From NCBI GenBank assembly GCA_902632595.1, contig CACPDC010000007.1, forward strand, positions 3,176-67,175: a stretch of 64,000 nt of DNA, given 5' to 3'. A model generated the notes under the pieces. The model was not told where the DNA came from. It did no database searches and worked only from the letters and a program-made list of their open reading frames with translations. How positions within the stretch are numbered: the first letter of the stretch is position 1; each line of letters opens with the position of its first letter. Made by a program: the position numbers and the translations under genes. The DNA is from an uncultured SAR116 cluster alpha proteobacterium (GTDB taxonomy: Bacteria; Pseudomonadota; Alphaproteobacteria; Puniceispirillales; Puniceispirillaceae). Shown piece by piece: positions 1-10,178 of this stretch.

Positions 1-359
1 TCTAATAGACTAACAACTTGTGATAGAGTATGGCCGGTATCAATTATATCTTCAATAATGAGAACATCTCTGTTTTTCAAATCTGTCTCCACATCTTTGA
101 TGATTCGTAATTGTCCAGAGGTTTTCATTTTATTGCCGTAGCTTGATACAGTCATAAAATCCACCTCAACAGGTAAATCAAGGCATCTTACTAAATCAGC
201 AATAAACACAAAGGATCCTCTTAATAGGCCGATAACAACAAGTTGCTTCGTTTGCTTATAAGTTTTACTGATTTGTTCCGACAATTCACTAATTCGAGAG
301 GCTATCGCTGCTTCAGTTATGAGAATTTCCAGTTTTTCGCCCGTTACAAGTACAGCCAT
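1..359 (-). CDS. hpt: hypoxanthine phosphoribosyltransferase (N-terminal part; gene runs off the window edge)
   Basis: Own minus-strand translation from ATG at 359: MAVLVTGEKLEILITEAAIASRISELSEQI..VVIGLLRGSFVFIADLVR..DVLIIEDIIDTGHTLS. This is the type I PRTase PRPP-binding loop. Absent from the ORF track because there is no stop in the window. Confidence 0.8.
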   Translation of the reverse strand, partial: MAVLVTGEKLEILITEAAIASRISELSEQISKTYKQTKQLVVIGLLRGSFVFIADLVRCLDLPVEVDFMTVSSYGNKMKTSGQLRIIKDVETDLKNRDVLIIEDIIDTGHTLSQVVSLL

Positions 360-531
360 TATTTTAATCTTATGTTATTTTACAAGCAACAATATGCTAG
401 CGTGTTTTAAAAGTAAAAACTAGTAATAATAGAGACAGATTGGTAAAACATTTATTCCAATTTATAATTAAAACTTCGATAAAAAAGCAAAAAAATTCAA
501 ATAATTTTAATTAACTATAAAAGAGATTAAA

Positions 532-1395
532 ATGGCAAAATTAGCGTTTCTTGGTTTAGGAGTGATGGGCTATCCAATGGCCCGTCATCTAGTTATTAAC
601 GAAAATGAAGTTGTGGTTTACAATAGAACTCAGGCTAAGGCCGAGCAATTTTCATCAGAATATGGTGCAAAAATAGCATTCTCTCCAGCTGACGCAGCAA
701 AGAATGCGGACATTGTTTTCGCGTGTGTAGGCGATGACCAAGATATAAAAGATATTACAGTCTCAGAAAATGGTGCGTTTAGTACGATGAAGCCAAAAAG
801 TTTGTTCGTTGATCACACAACAACTTCAGCTGCTATTGCGCGCGAATTATCAGAGGAAGCAAGAGGTAGACAAATAGGGTTCCTTGATGCCCCTGTATCT
901 GGAGGACAGGCTGGCGCAGAAAATGGAAAACTTACTATTATGTGCGGTGGTAGTAAGGAAATATTTGAGAGAGCACATATTATTATGAGTTGCTATGGGG
1001 CGAAAATTACCCTGATGGGGCCATCTGGGTCGGGACAACTTACAAAAATGGTTAACCAAATATGTATAGCGGGTCTAGTGCAAGGTCTGTCGGAGGCTCT
1101 CAATTTTGGTCAAAAGGCAAATCTTGACATGGAGCTTGCCTTAGACGTGATAGCAGGAGGCGCTGCACAATCATGGCAAATGCAGAATCGCGGAAAAACA
1201 ATGTTAGATGACAAATTCGATTTTGGTTTTGCTGTAGATTGGATGCGTAAAGACCTCAGAATATGTATGGATGAAGCAAAAGAAAATGGGGCAGAATTAC
1301 CAATAACAGCAATTGTGGCCCAGTTTTATTCCCGTTTGTCAAACCAAGGTTATGGCAGAAATGACACTTCTTCCCTTATACGCTTATTGCGCTAA
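532..1395 (+). CDS. NAD(P)-dependent beta-hydroxyacid dehydrogenase (3-hydroxyisobutyrate dehydrogenase family)
   Basis: N-terminal Rossmann motif FLGLGVMGYPMARHL, DAPVSGG and KMVNQ family motifs, 287 aa. Confidence 0.8.
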   Translation: MAKLAFLGLGVMGYPMARHLVINENEVVVYNRTQAKAEQFSSEYGAKIAFSPADAAKNADIVFACVGDDQDIKDITVSENGAFSTMKPKSLFVDHTTTSAAIARELSEEARGRQIGFLDAPVSGGQAGAENGKLTIMCGGSKEIFERAHIIMSCYGAKITLMGPSGSGQLTKMVNQICIAGLVQGLSEALNFGQKANLDMELALDVIAGGAAQSWQMQNRGKTMLDDKFDFGFAVDWMRKDLRICMDEAKENGAELPITAIVAQFYSRLSNQGYGRNDTSSLIRLLR

Positions 1396-1513
1396 TTTAC
1401 AATTCTCATAAATGTTTACGGAATTAGAAATAAAAAAATTGGCCTCATACAAGGATCTTTGTTCAAGATAGAACAAATTTAATAGAATAATATTTTTTTC
1501 AACTAGGAGTAAA

Positions 1514-2359
1514 ATGCTTGATTTGTTTCTTAGTGAGACACCTGGTATCGTATTTGTTCTCTTAATTACAGGTGTGTTTTCAGGTTTTGTGGCCGGTCTG
1601 CTTGGAGTTGGTGGTGGTATCATTATGGTTCCATTTACAGCTTTAATATTAATTAAAACTCAACCAGAGGTATCAACAGCGATGCATTCTGCTATCGCTA
1701 CATCTTTAGCTGTAATTATTCCAACATCATTTGTATCTGCAAAAACACATATGTCGTTGGGTAATGTCGATTTTTCTGTCGTGCGAAAATTTGCTTTGTT
1801 TGTAATTATCGGTGGTTTTGGAGGTGCAATTATCGCCCGTTTTTTGGACAATTCCTCATTAAAAATCTTGTTTGGCTCGTTGTGTATTATTTTTGGGCTC
1901 ATTTTTCTTGTTCGGATTATCGTGATACGACATGGTTTACCAAATGTGCTTTTTCGTGCATGTATTGGCGTTATAGTGGGCTTGCTCTCTTCATTAGTTG
2001 GCATTGGAGGAGGCTCATTAATGGTACCAACACTCACAGCGTTTGGCTGGACAATGCATAAGGCAGTTGGAACAGCGGCTGTCATGGGCCTTTTTATTGC
2101 CATTCCTGGAATGACAAGTTTTGCTGTAATGGGTATTGATATGCCAGGAAGACCAACATATTCATTAGGTTTTATTTGGCTTCCAGGGGTACTGTGTCTT
2201 GCAGCCACTTCTTTTTTTATGGCAATGATTGGGGCAAAAACAGCTGATAAAATTAATCGCGATAAGCTTCGAAAGATATTCGGAATAGTATTGTCAATTG
2301 TTGGTTTGCGGTTAGCCTATTCCGGCTTAAGCGCCGGTGGTTTCGGAATTTACTTATAA
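1514..2359 (+). CDS. TauE/SafE (DUF81) family anion exporter membrane protein
   Basis: Polytopic hydrophobic protein with duplicated Gly-rich motifs GLLGVGGGIIMVP and LVGIGGGSLMVP. Confidence 0.8.
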   Translation: MLDLFLSETPGIVFVLLITGVFSGFVAGLLGVGGGIIMVPFTALILIKTQPEVSTAMHSAIATSLAVIIPTSFVSAKTHMSLGNVDFSVVRKFALFVIIGGFGGAIIARFLDNSSLKILFGSLCIIFGLIFLVRIIVIRHGLPNVLFRACIGVIVGLLSSLVGIGGGSLMVPTLTAFGWTMHKAVGTAAVMGLFIAIPGMTSFAVMGIDMPGRPTYSLGFIWLPGVLCLAATSFFMAMIGAKTADKINRDKLRKIFGIVLSIVGLRLAYSGLSAGGFGIYL

Positions 2360-2389
2360 CGCTGTTATTGAATAATTAATAAAGCATAC

Positions 2390-2989
2390 TCAACTGTTTT
2401 TGGGGACCTGTTTTGTTGAAAAATGAGAATACGGACCAGCACTAGTCCCTAACTTAGCTGCTTTTCCTATCTCAACATATCGTTTCGCAGAGATTTCAAT
2501 CATTTTGAACTCCCTTGCGTTTAAATCCCTCATCTTTTTTGCCGGTGAGCCAGCCCAGAGCTCTCCTTTTGGTATTTTCTTTCCAGGAGTGACAAGGGCG
2601 CCGGCTGCAACCATAGAAAAGCTACTAACAAAAGAACCGTCCATTATAATTGAACCCATTCCAATAAAACTATGCGTTTCAAGAGTACAGGCATGCACGA
2701 TTGCGGAATGTCCAATGGTAACAAAATCTCCTATTATGGTAGGAAATTGAGTTGAATCGATATGAATAACAGAATTATCCTGTATATTAGTTCCCTCACC
2801 GATTTTAATATAATTTGCATCTCCTCTAATTGTTGTCTGGTGCCAAATCGAACAATCTTTTCCAATTTCAACTGCCCCAATTATTGCAGCTGATTTTGCA
2901 ATAAAGGCTGTTTCATCAATGGTTGGTGTGTGTCCTAAAAAAGACTCAATGAACATATGGTTTTGGAAAGAATTGTGAATAGATACCAT
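2390..2989 (-). CDS. gamma-class carbonic anhydrase-like hexapeptide-repeat protein (YrdA/PaaY type)
   Basis: Left-handed beta-helix repeats; IWHQTTIRGDANYIKIGEGTNIQDNSVIH. The true start may be the internal Met at 2956. Confidence 0.75.
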   Translation of the reverse strand: MVSIHNSFQNHMFIESFLGHTPTIDETAFIAKSAAIIGAVEIGKDCSIWHQTTIRGDANYIKIGEGTNIQDNSVIHIDSTQFPTIIGDFVTIGHSAIVHACTLETHSFIGMGSIIMDGSFVSSFSMVAAGALVTPGKKIPKGELWAGSPAKKMRDLNAREFKMIEISAKRYVEIGKAAKLGTSAGPYSHFSTKQVPKNS

Positions 2990-3160
2990 GAGATGGATGC
3001 CCCTTTAGATTTTGTTTGATAATTTATTGTTTTAATCATTAGAATAATATGCAAGCTCTAGAAAATTATATACATAAAATTTATTTTATGAGATGGTTTG
3101 GCTTTTAACCTATATTGGCTTAAGTAATGACTATTAATATTTTAATTTATGGAGACTAAA

Positions 3161-3760
3161 ATGGCTTTTGAACTTCCTAATCTTCCTTATGCGCATGATG
3201 CGTTGGCTAACCATGGCATGAGTGCTGAGACGCTTGAATATCATCATGATTTGCATCACAAGGCATATGTTGATAACGGAAATAAGTTGATAGCGGGCAC
3301 TGAGTGGGAAGCTGAGACGCTTGAAAATATTATCAAGGGCACATACGATGCTCAATCGGTTGCACAAAATGGAATATTTAATAACGCATCACAACATTGG
3401 AACCATATACAATTCTGGGAAATGATGGGCCCTTCGAAGTCTGGAATTCCCCCTGAGTTAGAAACCTTAATCAATGAGAGTTTTGGCAGCATGGATGCGT
3501 TCAAGGAAGCCTTCAGTGCTGCTGGTGCCGGTCAATTTGGTTCTGGATGGTGTTGGCTTGTTAAAGACGCAGATGGGAGTTTAAAGGTAACAAAAACGGA
3601 AAATGGAGTTAACCCACTTTGTTTTGGCCAAACAGCATTATTGGGTTGTGATGTGTGGGAACATTCCTATTATATTGATTTCCGAAACAAACGCCCGGCA
3701 TACCTGTCTAACTTTCTGGAAAATCTGGTAAATTGGGAGAATGTTGCGAGTCGATTGTAA
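3161..3760 (+). CDS. sodB: Fe/Mn superoxide dismutase
   Basis: AFELPNLPYAHDAL..LEYHHDLHHKAYV and DVWEHSYYIDF metal-ligand motifs. GGAG at 3151-3154 favours the ATG at 3161 over the ORF-track start at 3149. Confidence 0.9.
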   Translation: MAFELPNLPYAHDALANHGMSAETLEYHHDLHHKAYVDNGNKLIAGTEWEAETLENIIKGTYDAQSVAQNGIFNNASQHWNHIQFWEMMGPSKSGIPPELETLINESFGSMDAFKEAFSAAGAGQFGSGWCWLVKDADGSLKVTKTENGVNPLCFGQTALLGCDVWEHSYYIDFRNKRPAYLSNFLENLVNWENVASRL

Positions 3761-4128
3761 ATTAAAAACAAATCTTAATTGTTACGGGAGCATATTCCGC
3801 TAAAATGTCATTTATAAAGGCTATTTCGTTTTCATTTAGTAATATCTTATGTTTTTATATCATTCAAATATTAGCGAGCTTTTTAAAGGGAATAAGCTTT
3901 GTATTTGAAATTAATAGCTGGATTACTATTAAAAATGGTCAGACAGATTAAATAAGATACCCCAAAGAATATTCAAACGATTTAAATGTTTTCCCACCGG
4001 CATCTGTTGATTGGGAAGACGTTTGAATTACAAGTGACATCTGAAACCATTACACAAATTGTGTATTAAGCAATTAAATGGGGACGGATGCAAGGGTTAC
4101 ATTTGCTCAAATGAATAGGAAATTTAAT

Positions 4129-5352
4129 CTATTTGGTTTTTTGTCGCACCATTTCTGCGATTCTCAAACGAAGTGCATTTAATTTAATAAATCCTTCGGC
4201 GTCACTATGATTATAATCTGCGGTTCCCTCTTCAAAAGTTACAAGATTTTCAGAATAAAGTGAAACTGAGGAGTGTCGCCCCATCATTATGATATTACCC
4301 TTATAAAGTTTTAATTTAACTTCCCCATTAACAGATGCTTGACTATGGTCTATTGCTGCTTGAAGCATTTCTCTTTCAGGTGAAAACCAGAAGCCATTAT
4401 ATATGAGTTCAGCATATTTTGGCATCAGTGAATCTTTCAGGTGAGCTGCACCTTTATCTAAGGTGAGTGACTCCATTGCTCTTCTGGCTTTAAGCAAAAT
4501 CGTTCCTCCAGGTGTTTCATAAATTCCTCTTGATTTCATTCCTACAAACCTATTTTCAACCAAGTCCAATCGACCAATACCATGTTTGCCCCCAAATTCA
4601 TTAAGGAGCGAAAGTAGAGACGCTGGGGACATTTTAATTCCATTTATCGCGACTGGGTCTCCTCCAGCGAATTCAATTTTAATTTCCTCAGCCTGATCAG
4701 GTGCATTCGAAGGGTCTACCGTTCTGCTGAATACATATTCCTCAGCTGGGATATTTGGGTTTTCAAGAACCTTGCCTTCTGCTGAAATGTGAAGAAGATT
4801 GGCATCTACCGAGAATGGAGCTTCTCCTCGTTTATCTTTAGGCACAGAGATTTGATGAGCTTCTGCATAATTTATTAACTTTGTTCTAGAATTAAGATCC
4901 CACTCCCGCCATGGTGAGATTACTTTTATATCAGGTTGTAGCGCATAATAACCGAGCTCAAATCGTACTTGATCATTCCCTTTCCCAGTTGCTCCGTGAG
5001 AAACAGCATTTGCACCTACCTCACGCGCTATTTCAATTTGACGTTTTGCAATTAATGGTCTCGCAATAGAGGTGCCAAGCAAATACTCTCCTTCATATAA
5101 GGCATTAGCGCGAAACATTGGAAAGACATAGTCAGATACAAACTCTTCACGCAAGTCTTCAATAAAGATTTGCTTAACGCCCTGTAGTTCAGCTTTCTCT
5201 CTTACTTGGGTAATATCTTCACCCTGACCAATATCTGCGGTAAATGTTATGACCTCGCATTTATAATTAGTTTGCAACCATTTAAGAATAACAGAAGTAT
5301 CTAAACCCCCAGAATATGCAAGCACGACTTTTTTTATAGATGTATTTGCCAT
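4129..5352 (-). CDS. argG: argininosuccinate synthase
   Basis: [12 protein letters not shown]-pyrophosphatase motif, 407 aa, colinear with ArgG throughout. Confidence 0.92.
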   Translation of the reverse strand: MANTSIKKVVLAYSGGLDTSVILKWLQTNYKCEVITFTADIGQGEDITQVREKAELQGVKQIFIEDLREEFVSDYVFPMFRANALYEGEYLLGTSIARPLIAKRQIEIAREVGANAVSHGATGKGNDQVRFELGYYALQPDIKVISPWREWDLNSRTKLINYAEAHQISVPKDKRGEAPFSVDANLLHISAEGKVLENPNIPAEEYVFSRTVDPSNAPDQAEEIKIEFAGGDPVAINGIKMSPASLLSLLNEFGGKHGIGRLDLVENRFVGMKSRGIYETPGGTILLKARRAMESLTLDKGAAHLKDSLMPKYAELIYNGFWFSPEREMLQAAIDHSQASVNGEVKLKLYKGNIIMMGRHSSVSLYSENLVTFEEGTADYNHSDAEGFIKLNALRLRIAEMVRQKTK

Positions 5353-5500
5353 TATTACTCCAAAAAAGTTAGTTTGATTTGTTTTCTAGTATTACTAAAA
5401 TGCGTATAGATGACTTTTAGCTTAAGGTCACATATTTTTTGTTGTTTATTTTAAAAATTTGGTAACACGACTAAATTACATAATTTTGGAAGTAATAGTA

Positions 5501-5971
5501 ATGGATGAATTTGCTTATAACAGGGACAAAAAACAGATAAAAAATATCGCCTATTTTTTAGGGTACGCTGGTGCGCTACCTTTTTTAGTGTTATCCCTGA
5601 CTGTTCTTTTAGCAAATGAACCATTTATTATTATTGGCAAATCTGCTTTGCACCTTTATGGAGCTATTATTTTGAGTTTTCTCGGTGGATTGCATTGGGG
5701 AAGGATAGCCTCTCAAAGTCAAATTTCGTCGTCTGATAGATGGGTTTTAATATACTCTGTTTTTCCATCGCTGATTGGTTGGTCATCTTATTTGTTAAAT
5801 AGCGTTTGGAGGGAGTCTGTTTGTATCCTTATAATTGGATTTATTTTAGCTTATTGGATAGACAGGTTTTTTGTAAAATCTGGTAAATGGAGCCAATTTA
5901 TGGGTCCATTGCGATTAAACTTAACCATTGTTGCTTGCATCAGTCTCGGTTTGTCTTATTTGGCAAAATAA
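5501..5971 (+). CDS. DUF3429 family membrane protein
   Basis: Four to five hydrophobic helices with FLGGLHWG motif. ATG at 5501 preferred over the TTG at 5459. Confidence 0.5.
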   Translation: MDEFAYNRDKKQIKNIAYFLGYAGALPFLVLSLTVLLANEPFIIIGKSALHLYGAIILSFLGGLHWGRIASQSQISSSDRWVLIYSVFPSLIGWSSYLLNSVWRESVCILIIGFILAYWIDRFFVKSGKWSQFMGPLRLNLTIVACISLGLSYLAK

Positions 5972-6017
5972 TAACAATTTACTCAATTCAAATATTTTTA
6001 CGCTTGATTGATTTTAG

Positions 6018-6677
6018 CTATTTTCTAAGCATATTCAACAGACGACCAACTGGGCCAGTCAAGACAATTGGACCTTCATTTACAGCAAGAACAATACATT
6101 CCCCATCATCATCGGCTACCGGCTTGTGGACGGCGCCTGTTTCTTGAATAGAAATATCGCCTGGACCGTATGTTCCATATTCGTCAGTAAAACCACCGGA
6201 AAGAACAAGTGTTACTTCATTACCATCGTGTGAATGGCTTGGCACACTTGAACCTGGAGCAATTCTATATAATTTGGCGCTACCAAAATTATCACCAAAA
6301 TCTAAAGCCTGTTCGAAGAGACCAATACCAATACGTTTCCAACTTCTTGGGCTATCTACGTCTTGTATGTAATCTCGCAATGGAAGAGGTAACAAATTAT
6401 TGTCATTACTTACAAATAAATGCGCTTCTTCTTCAGAATTATCAGTTTTGTCAATTTCTGCCATCAATCTTTCGAAGCTCCCTTCTGACAAAGAAACTGG
6501 GTCAGAGTTTTCCATAAGAGCTCCGCCTATTTGTAACAGCATCCGTATTGACTTTGCACTCGCTGGATTCATGGAAATATGAGTTTCAACTAAAACTTCC
6601 AATGCTAAAGGAAGTGTTCCATTAGCATAATCAATTAGCAACGATTCCAACAATGTTAACGTGTTTTGCTTATTCAT
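6018..6677 (-). CDS. chrR: ChrR-like anti-sigma-E factor (N-terminal anti-sigma domain + C-terminal cupin)
   Basis: LLIDYANGTL..VETHIS N-terminal domain and cupin HSHDGNEVTLVLSGGF..VHKP. Immediately downstream of, and nearly abutting, an ECF sigma gene. Confidence 0.7.
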   Translation of the reverse strand: MNKQNTLTLLESLLIDYANGTLPLALEVLVETHISMNPASAKSIRMLLQIGGALMENSDPVSLSEGSFERLMAEIDKTDNSEEEAHLFVSNDNNLLPLPLRDYIQDVDSPRSWKRIGIGLFEQALDFGDNFGSAKLYRIAPGSSVPSHSHDGNEVTLVLSGGFTDEYGTYGPGDISIQETGAVHKPVADDDGECIVLAVNEGPIVLTGPVGRLLNMLRK

Positions 6678-6681
6678 TTAG

Positions 6682-7317
6682 CTAGTCACTACCCCCAAAT
6701 TCATCTAATTGTGTCCGCAATCGATTAATAGCAAGACGTATACGTGATTTCACTGTTCCCAGGGGTAAATCAGTCTCATCAGCTATTTTTTTATGCGACT
6801 TCTCATCATAATACGCAGAAAAAATCAATTTGGCTTGCTCTGGAGGTAAATTTTTTAGCGCTTTCTTGATTTTTTTTTCTTCATCAACTCTTTGCAATAT
6901 GTCATCACTCTTGTCGATGGGTTTTTTATAAAATGATGGATCGTTAAAATCAGGCATCGGCCGATTTTCTTTTCGCAATCTGTCAATACGTTTATTGCGA
7001 GCGATTGTGAAAATCCAAGTGCTTGCTCCTGCACTTTCTGGATTGAAACTTTCAGCTTTACGCCAGACCATTATCATTGCTTCTTGACAAATCTCTTCGG
7101 CGGCAGACTCATCCGAGCCTATTCGCAATAAAAACGACTTTAATCTAGGGGCAAAATGTTCATAAAGAGCCTTGAAGGCAGACTTATCTTTATTTCTGCC
7201 TACTAGGATTAATAGTTGATCCCATTCAGACAAGTTATTCAGATTATCATTAGAGAAGCCAGATCCCATAGACATATCTAACGATGAAATTATTTCTGCG
7301 ACAACCCTAAAATTCAT
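6682..7317 (-). CDS. rpoE: ECF RNA polymerase sigma factor (RpoE/sigma-E type)
   Basis: Region 2 (FKALYEHFAPRLKSFLLR, STWIFTIARNKRIDRLRK) and region 4 (LPLGTVKSRIRLAINRLR). Start codon choice uncertain. Confidence 0.8.
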   Translation of the reverse strand: MNFRVVAEIISSLDMSMGSGFSNDNLNNLSEWDQLLILVGRNKDKSAFKALYEHFAPRLKSFLLRIGSDESAAEEICQEAMIMVWRKAESFNPESAGASTWIFTIARNKRIDRLRKENRPMPDFNDPSFYKKPIDKSDDILQRVDEEKKIKKALKNLPPEQAKLIFSAYYDEKSHKKIADETDLPLGTVKSRIRLAINRLRTQLDEFGGSD

Positions 7318-7552
7318 AAAATTATTTAATTATTTAAAAATAATGTGTTTATTTGATACAAAAATAGCTTTAGTATAGCTCCAGTATCAAAAAAACTCGT
7401 CACTAATCAAATTTTTGACACATTTATTTTAAATAAACCTTTCAATGCCCTTGCGTCATAATTAAAGTTTTGCGATTTATTAGCGGGTAATCCATGGGTC
7501 TTTTTACAATTCGGTAAATATTTATGAAAAAAATTAGTATGTGGTTTGGAAT

Positions 7553-8068
7553 ATGATTAAAAAAACAATCTTTTTATTTAAATTTATTGTGATATGCCTT
7601 TTTTATACAAACCTTATGGCTTCTGAAAAAGTTCAAATAGAGCAATTTAGTGATTGGTCAGTTCTAAGGCAAGAAACAGATGCAGGCAGATTGTGTTACA
7701 TAACTAGTGAACCTATAGAAAAAAAAGGCGATTACGATAAAGAAAATCGCGGAGAAACAAGAGTTTTCGTTACTCACGGACCAGGTAAAGCGGAGCGCGA
7801 TGTCGTTTCAATTGTTGCTGGCTATATGTTTAAAAAACAATCTGAGGTAGAATTAAATGTTGACGGAATTCAACAATCCTTTTTTACCCTCGAGGACAGA
7901 GCTTGGTCCTTCGGACAAGATGAAGATAAAAAAATTATAAGAAATATGAAACGTGGAAATAAACTCACTGTCAAAGGAATATCTAGCAGGGGCAATACAA
8001 CAATAGACATCTATTCTCTATCTGGTTTTACTAAAGCGAAGCAAATGCTAGACAAAATTTGCTCATAA
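7553..8068 (+). CDS. secreted protein, possibly invasion-associated locus B (IalB) family
   Basis: Signal peptide MIKKTIFLFKFIVICLFYTNLMA; FSDWSV..GRLCYITS resembles IalB-type proteins. Weak assignment. Confidence 0.35.
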   Translation: MIKKTIFLFKFIVICLFYTNLMASEKVQIEQFSDWSVLRQETDAGRLCYITSEPIEKKGDYDKENRGETRVFVTHGPGKAERDVVSIVAGYMFKKQSEVELNVDGIQQSFFTLEDRAWSFGQDEDKKIIRNMKRGNKLTVKGISSRGNTTIDIYSLSGFTKAKQMLDKICS

Positions 8069-8134
8069 ATTTAATAGGTAAATTTTTGCATGAATGAGAA
8101 ACACCAAGACTTTTAGTCAGAAACAAATGTATAA

Positions 8135-9223
8135 TTGACCAATTTTGGACCAAATTTGCAAGACTTGACCGGCTTTTCTTTTGCGGAACTTGAACATACC
8201 GTTTGCAGATTTGGCTTGCCGAATTTTCGAGCAAAACAAATATGGAGTTGGATCTGGCGACATGGTCTGACTGATTTTCAGGATATGAATAACATTTCAA
8301 AGCCAATACGCTCGCTACTTGCCGATCATTTCATAATAAACCGACCCACAGTAAGCAGGCGTCAGAAATCAAAAGATGGCACGATAAAATGGCTTATTCG
8401 GCTTTCTGACGGTCAGGAGGTAGAAACAGTTTACATCCCTGAGGAGGAAAGGGGTACATTATGTATCTCAAGTCAAGTGGGATGCACTCTAACTTGCTCT
8501 TTTTGTCACACAGGAACGCAGCGATTAGTGCGTAATTTAGAAGCTGGGGAGATTTGTGGTCAGATTTTACTTGCTTTAGATGAATTGGGTGACTGGCCTG
8601 CTGGAAATAGTAACAGAAGGTTAACAAATGTGGTTCTTATGGGAATGGGGGAGCCGCTATTTAATTATAATAATGTGGCAAAAGCTATTAAAATTGTAAT
8701 GTCTGGTGACGGTATTGGTATATCGAAAAGGCGGATAACTTTGTCCACCTCTGGGATTGTGCCTGAAATTAATCGTTGTGGAGAAGAGTTAGGAGTAAAT
8801 CTTGCTATTAGTCTCCACGCAGTGAATGACGAACTTCGAAATGAGCTTGTTCCTATCAATAAAAAATATAATTTGAAAACTCTTGTGGATGCAGTACGAA
8901 AGTATCCAGGATTATCTAATACTAGAAGAGTAACTTGGGAATATGTGATGCTTGATGGGGTGAATGATAGCCAAGATGATGCAAAGGCTCTTGTAAAATT
9001 GATAAGCGGAATACCGTCTAAAATCAATCTGATTCCCTTTAACCCTTGGCCAGGTGTTTCATATAAAACCTCTCAACCCAAAAAAATAGATAAATTTGCA
9101 GCTATCGTTCTAAAAGCAGGTTATGCATCGCCCATTCGCACTCCAAGAGGTGATGATATACTTGCGGCTTGCGGTCAACTGCGGTCAGACTCTGTTCGAT
9201 TGCGTGCACGGGAGAGGCCATAA
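8135..9223 (+). CDS. rlmN: 23S rRNA/tRNA adenine-C2 methyltransferase RlmN (radical SAM)
   Basis: [12 protein letters not shown]-terminus, radical-SAM cluster [15 protein letters not shown]-terminal catalytic Cys (AACGQL). TTG start. Confidence 0.9.
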   Translation: MTNFGPNLQDLTGFSFAELEHTVCRFGLPNFRAKQIWSWIWRHGLTDFQDMNNISKPIRSLLADHFIINRPTVSRRQKSKDGTIKWLIRLSDGQEVETVYIPEEERGTLCISSQVGCTLTCSFCHTGTQRLVRNLEAGEICGQILLALDELGDWPAGNSNRRLTNVVLMGMGEPLFNYNNVAKAIKIVMSGDGIGISKRRITLSTSGIVPEINRCGEELGVNLAISLHAVNDELRNELVPINKKYNLKTLVDAVRKYPGLSNTRRVTWEYVMLDGVNDSQDDAKALVKLISGIPSKINLIPFNPWPGVSYKTSQPKKIDKFAAIVLKAGYASPIRTPRGDDILAACGQLRSDSVRLRARERP

Positions 9224-9375
9224 ATTCAAAAAGTATCAATATTATTGGTAATAAAAATACATATATTCAAAAAACTTTCAGTAATATGAAAAATTGGTGT
9301 TACAAACACTTGCACTACGTCATCAGCCAACATACATTAAGATATAGAAAATTGCAGTGTAAAAGGAGTATTCAC

Positions 9376-10095
9376 ATGCAAGAAAATCGTTACGCTAATG
9401 TATCATCAACTCAGGCAAGTTCAATTGATCTTGGGTTACGGCGGTACATGTTAGGTGTTTATAATCACATGACAACTGCACTTGCTTTAACAGGATTGTT
9501 TGCATTCGCCATGAAATGGGCGGCTTTGACAATACCTGGTGTAGCACAGGTAGTATATGGGTCTCCATTACAATATGTAGTGATGTTTGCACCATTCGCA
9601 CTCGTGATGTATCTGAGCTTTAAAATTCAGAAATTGTCTCCGTCTACTGCGCGAAACATGTTCTACATCTACGCCGCATTGATGGGCTTGTCCCTATCCT
9701 CTATTTTACTAGTGTTTACGGGCGAATCTGTGGCTAGAGCTTTCTTTGTTACAGCGGGAGCGTTTGCAGGTCTGTCTATTTATGGATACACCACAAAACG
9801 TGATTTAACGGCTATGGGTTCGTTTATGATAATTGGTTTGTTCGGTATAATAATCGCTTCTCTCGTCAATATATTTGTTGGCTCTGACGTAATGCAATTT
9901 GCCATATCAGTCATCGGGGTTTTTGTATTTGCAGGTTTGACCGCATGGGACACACAAACTATCAAGTCAATGTATTCTGCGGCCGATAGCGCGCAGGCAT
10001 CAGCAACAAAATCAATTTATGGAGCCTTGAAGCTTTATCTCGACTTTATTAATATGTTTATAATGCTTTTGCATTTATTCGGTAATCGAGAATAG
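9376..10095 (+). CDS. BAX inhibitor-1/YccA family membrane protein
   Basis: LRRYMLGVYNHM start region and seven hydrophobic helices. AAGGAG at 9363-9368 supports the ATG at 9376; the ORF-track extension from 9169 overlaps the rlmN 3' end. Confidence 0.8.
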   Translation: MQENRYANVSSTQASSIDLGLRRYMLGVYNHMTTALALTGLFAFAMKWAALTIPGVAQVVYGSPLQYVVMFAPFALVMYLSFKIQKLSPSTARNMFYIYAALMGLSLSSILLVFTGESVARAFFVTAGAFAGLSIYGYTTKRDLTAMGSFMIIGLFGIIIASLVNIFVGSDVMQFAISVIGVFVFAGLTAWDTQTIKSMYSAADSAQASATKSIYGALKLYLDFINMFIMLLHLFGNRE

Positions 10096-10124
10096 CAAAC
10101 TCCAAAAGCTGGTTAGAATAATGC

Positions 10125-10159
10125 AAAAAGCGCTCTTAATTTTTTAAGAGCGCTTTTTT
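10125..10159 (+). terminator. rho-independent terminator (bidirectional shape)
   Basis: Perfect 10-bp stem GCGCTCTTAA / TTAAGAGCGC with a TTTT loop, A5 run before and T6 run after, directly downstream of the BI-1 gene. Confidence 0.8.
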
Positions 10160-10178
10160 GCATAAAAGGAGAGATTTT

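Noticed and set aside
1660-2208. Long antisense ORFs lying inside confidently assigned genes. Examples: 1660-2208, 8665-9027, 20536-20901, 38160-38540, 40659-41030, 43465-43779, 43936-44262 and 61796-62194.
   Set aside because: Each lies fully within a gene whose product has clear family motifs on the other strand. Their translations are low-complexity, with no recognisable domains. They are shadow ORFs.
3015-3050. Fur-box-like fragments (GATAAT ... AATCATT) upstream of sodB.
   Set aside because: The two half-site-like pieces are separated by 10 unrelated nucleotides and do not form the contiguous 19-bp Fur consensus.
4051-4065. A perfect 7-1-7 palindrome, TACACAAaTTGTGTA, in the 368-bp sodB/argG convergent spacer. 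A nested hairpin also occurs at 3971-4027.
   Set aside because: A few 7-bp-arm palindromes are expected by chance in 64 kb. There is no adjacent promoter or gene start to regulate, and no match to a known ncRNA that I can recognise.
9169-9375. A 69-codon N-terminal extension of the BI-1/YccA ORF that overlaps the rlmN 3' end.
   Set aside because: The extension has no homology-like features. A strong AAGGAG precedes the internal ATG at 9376, where the family-typical N-terminus begins.
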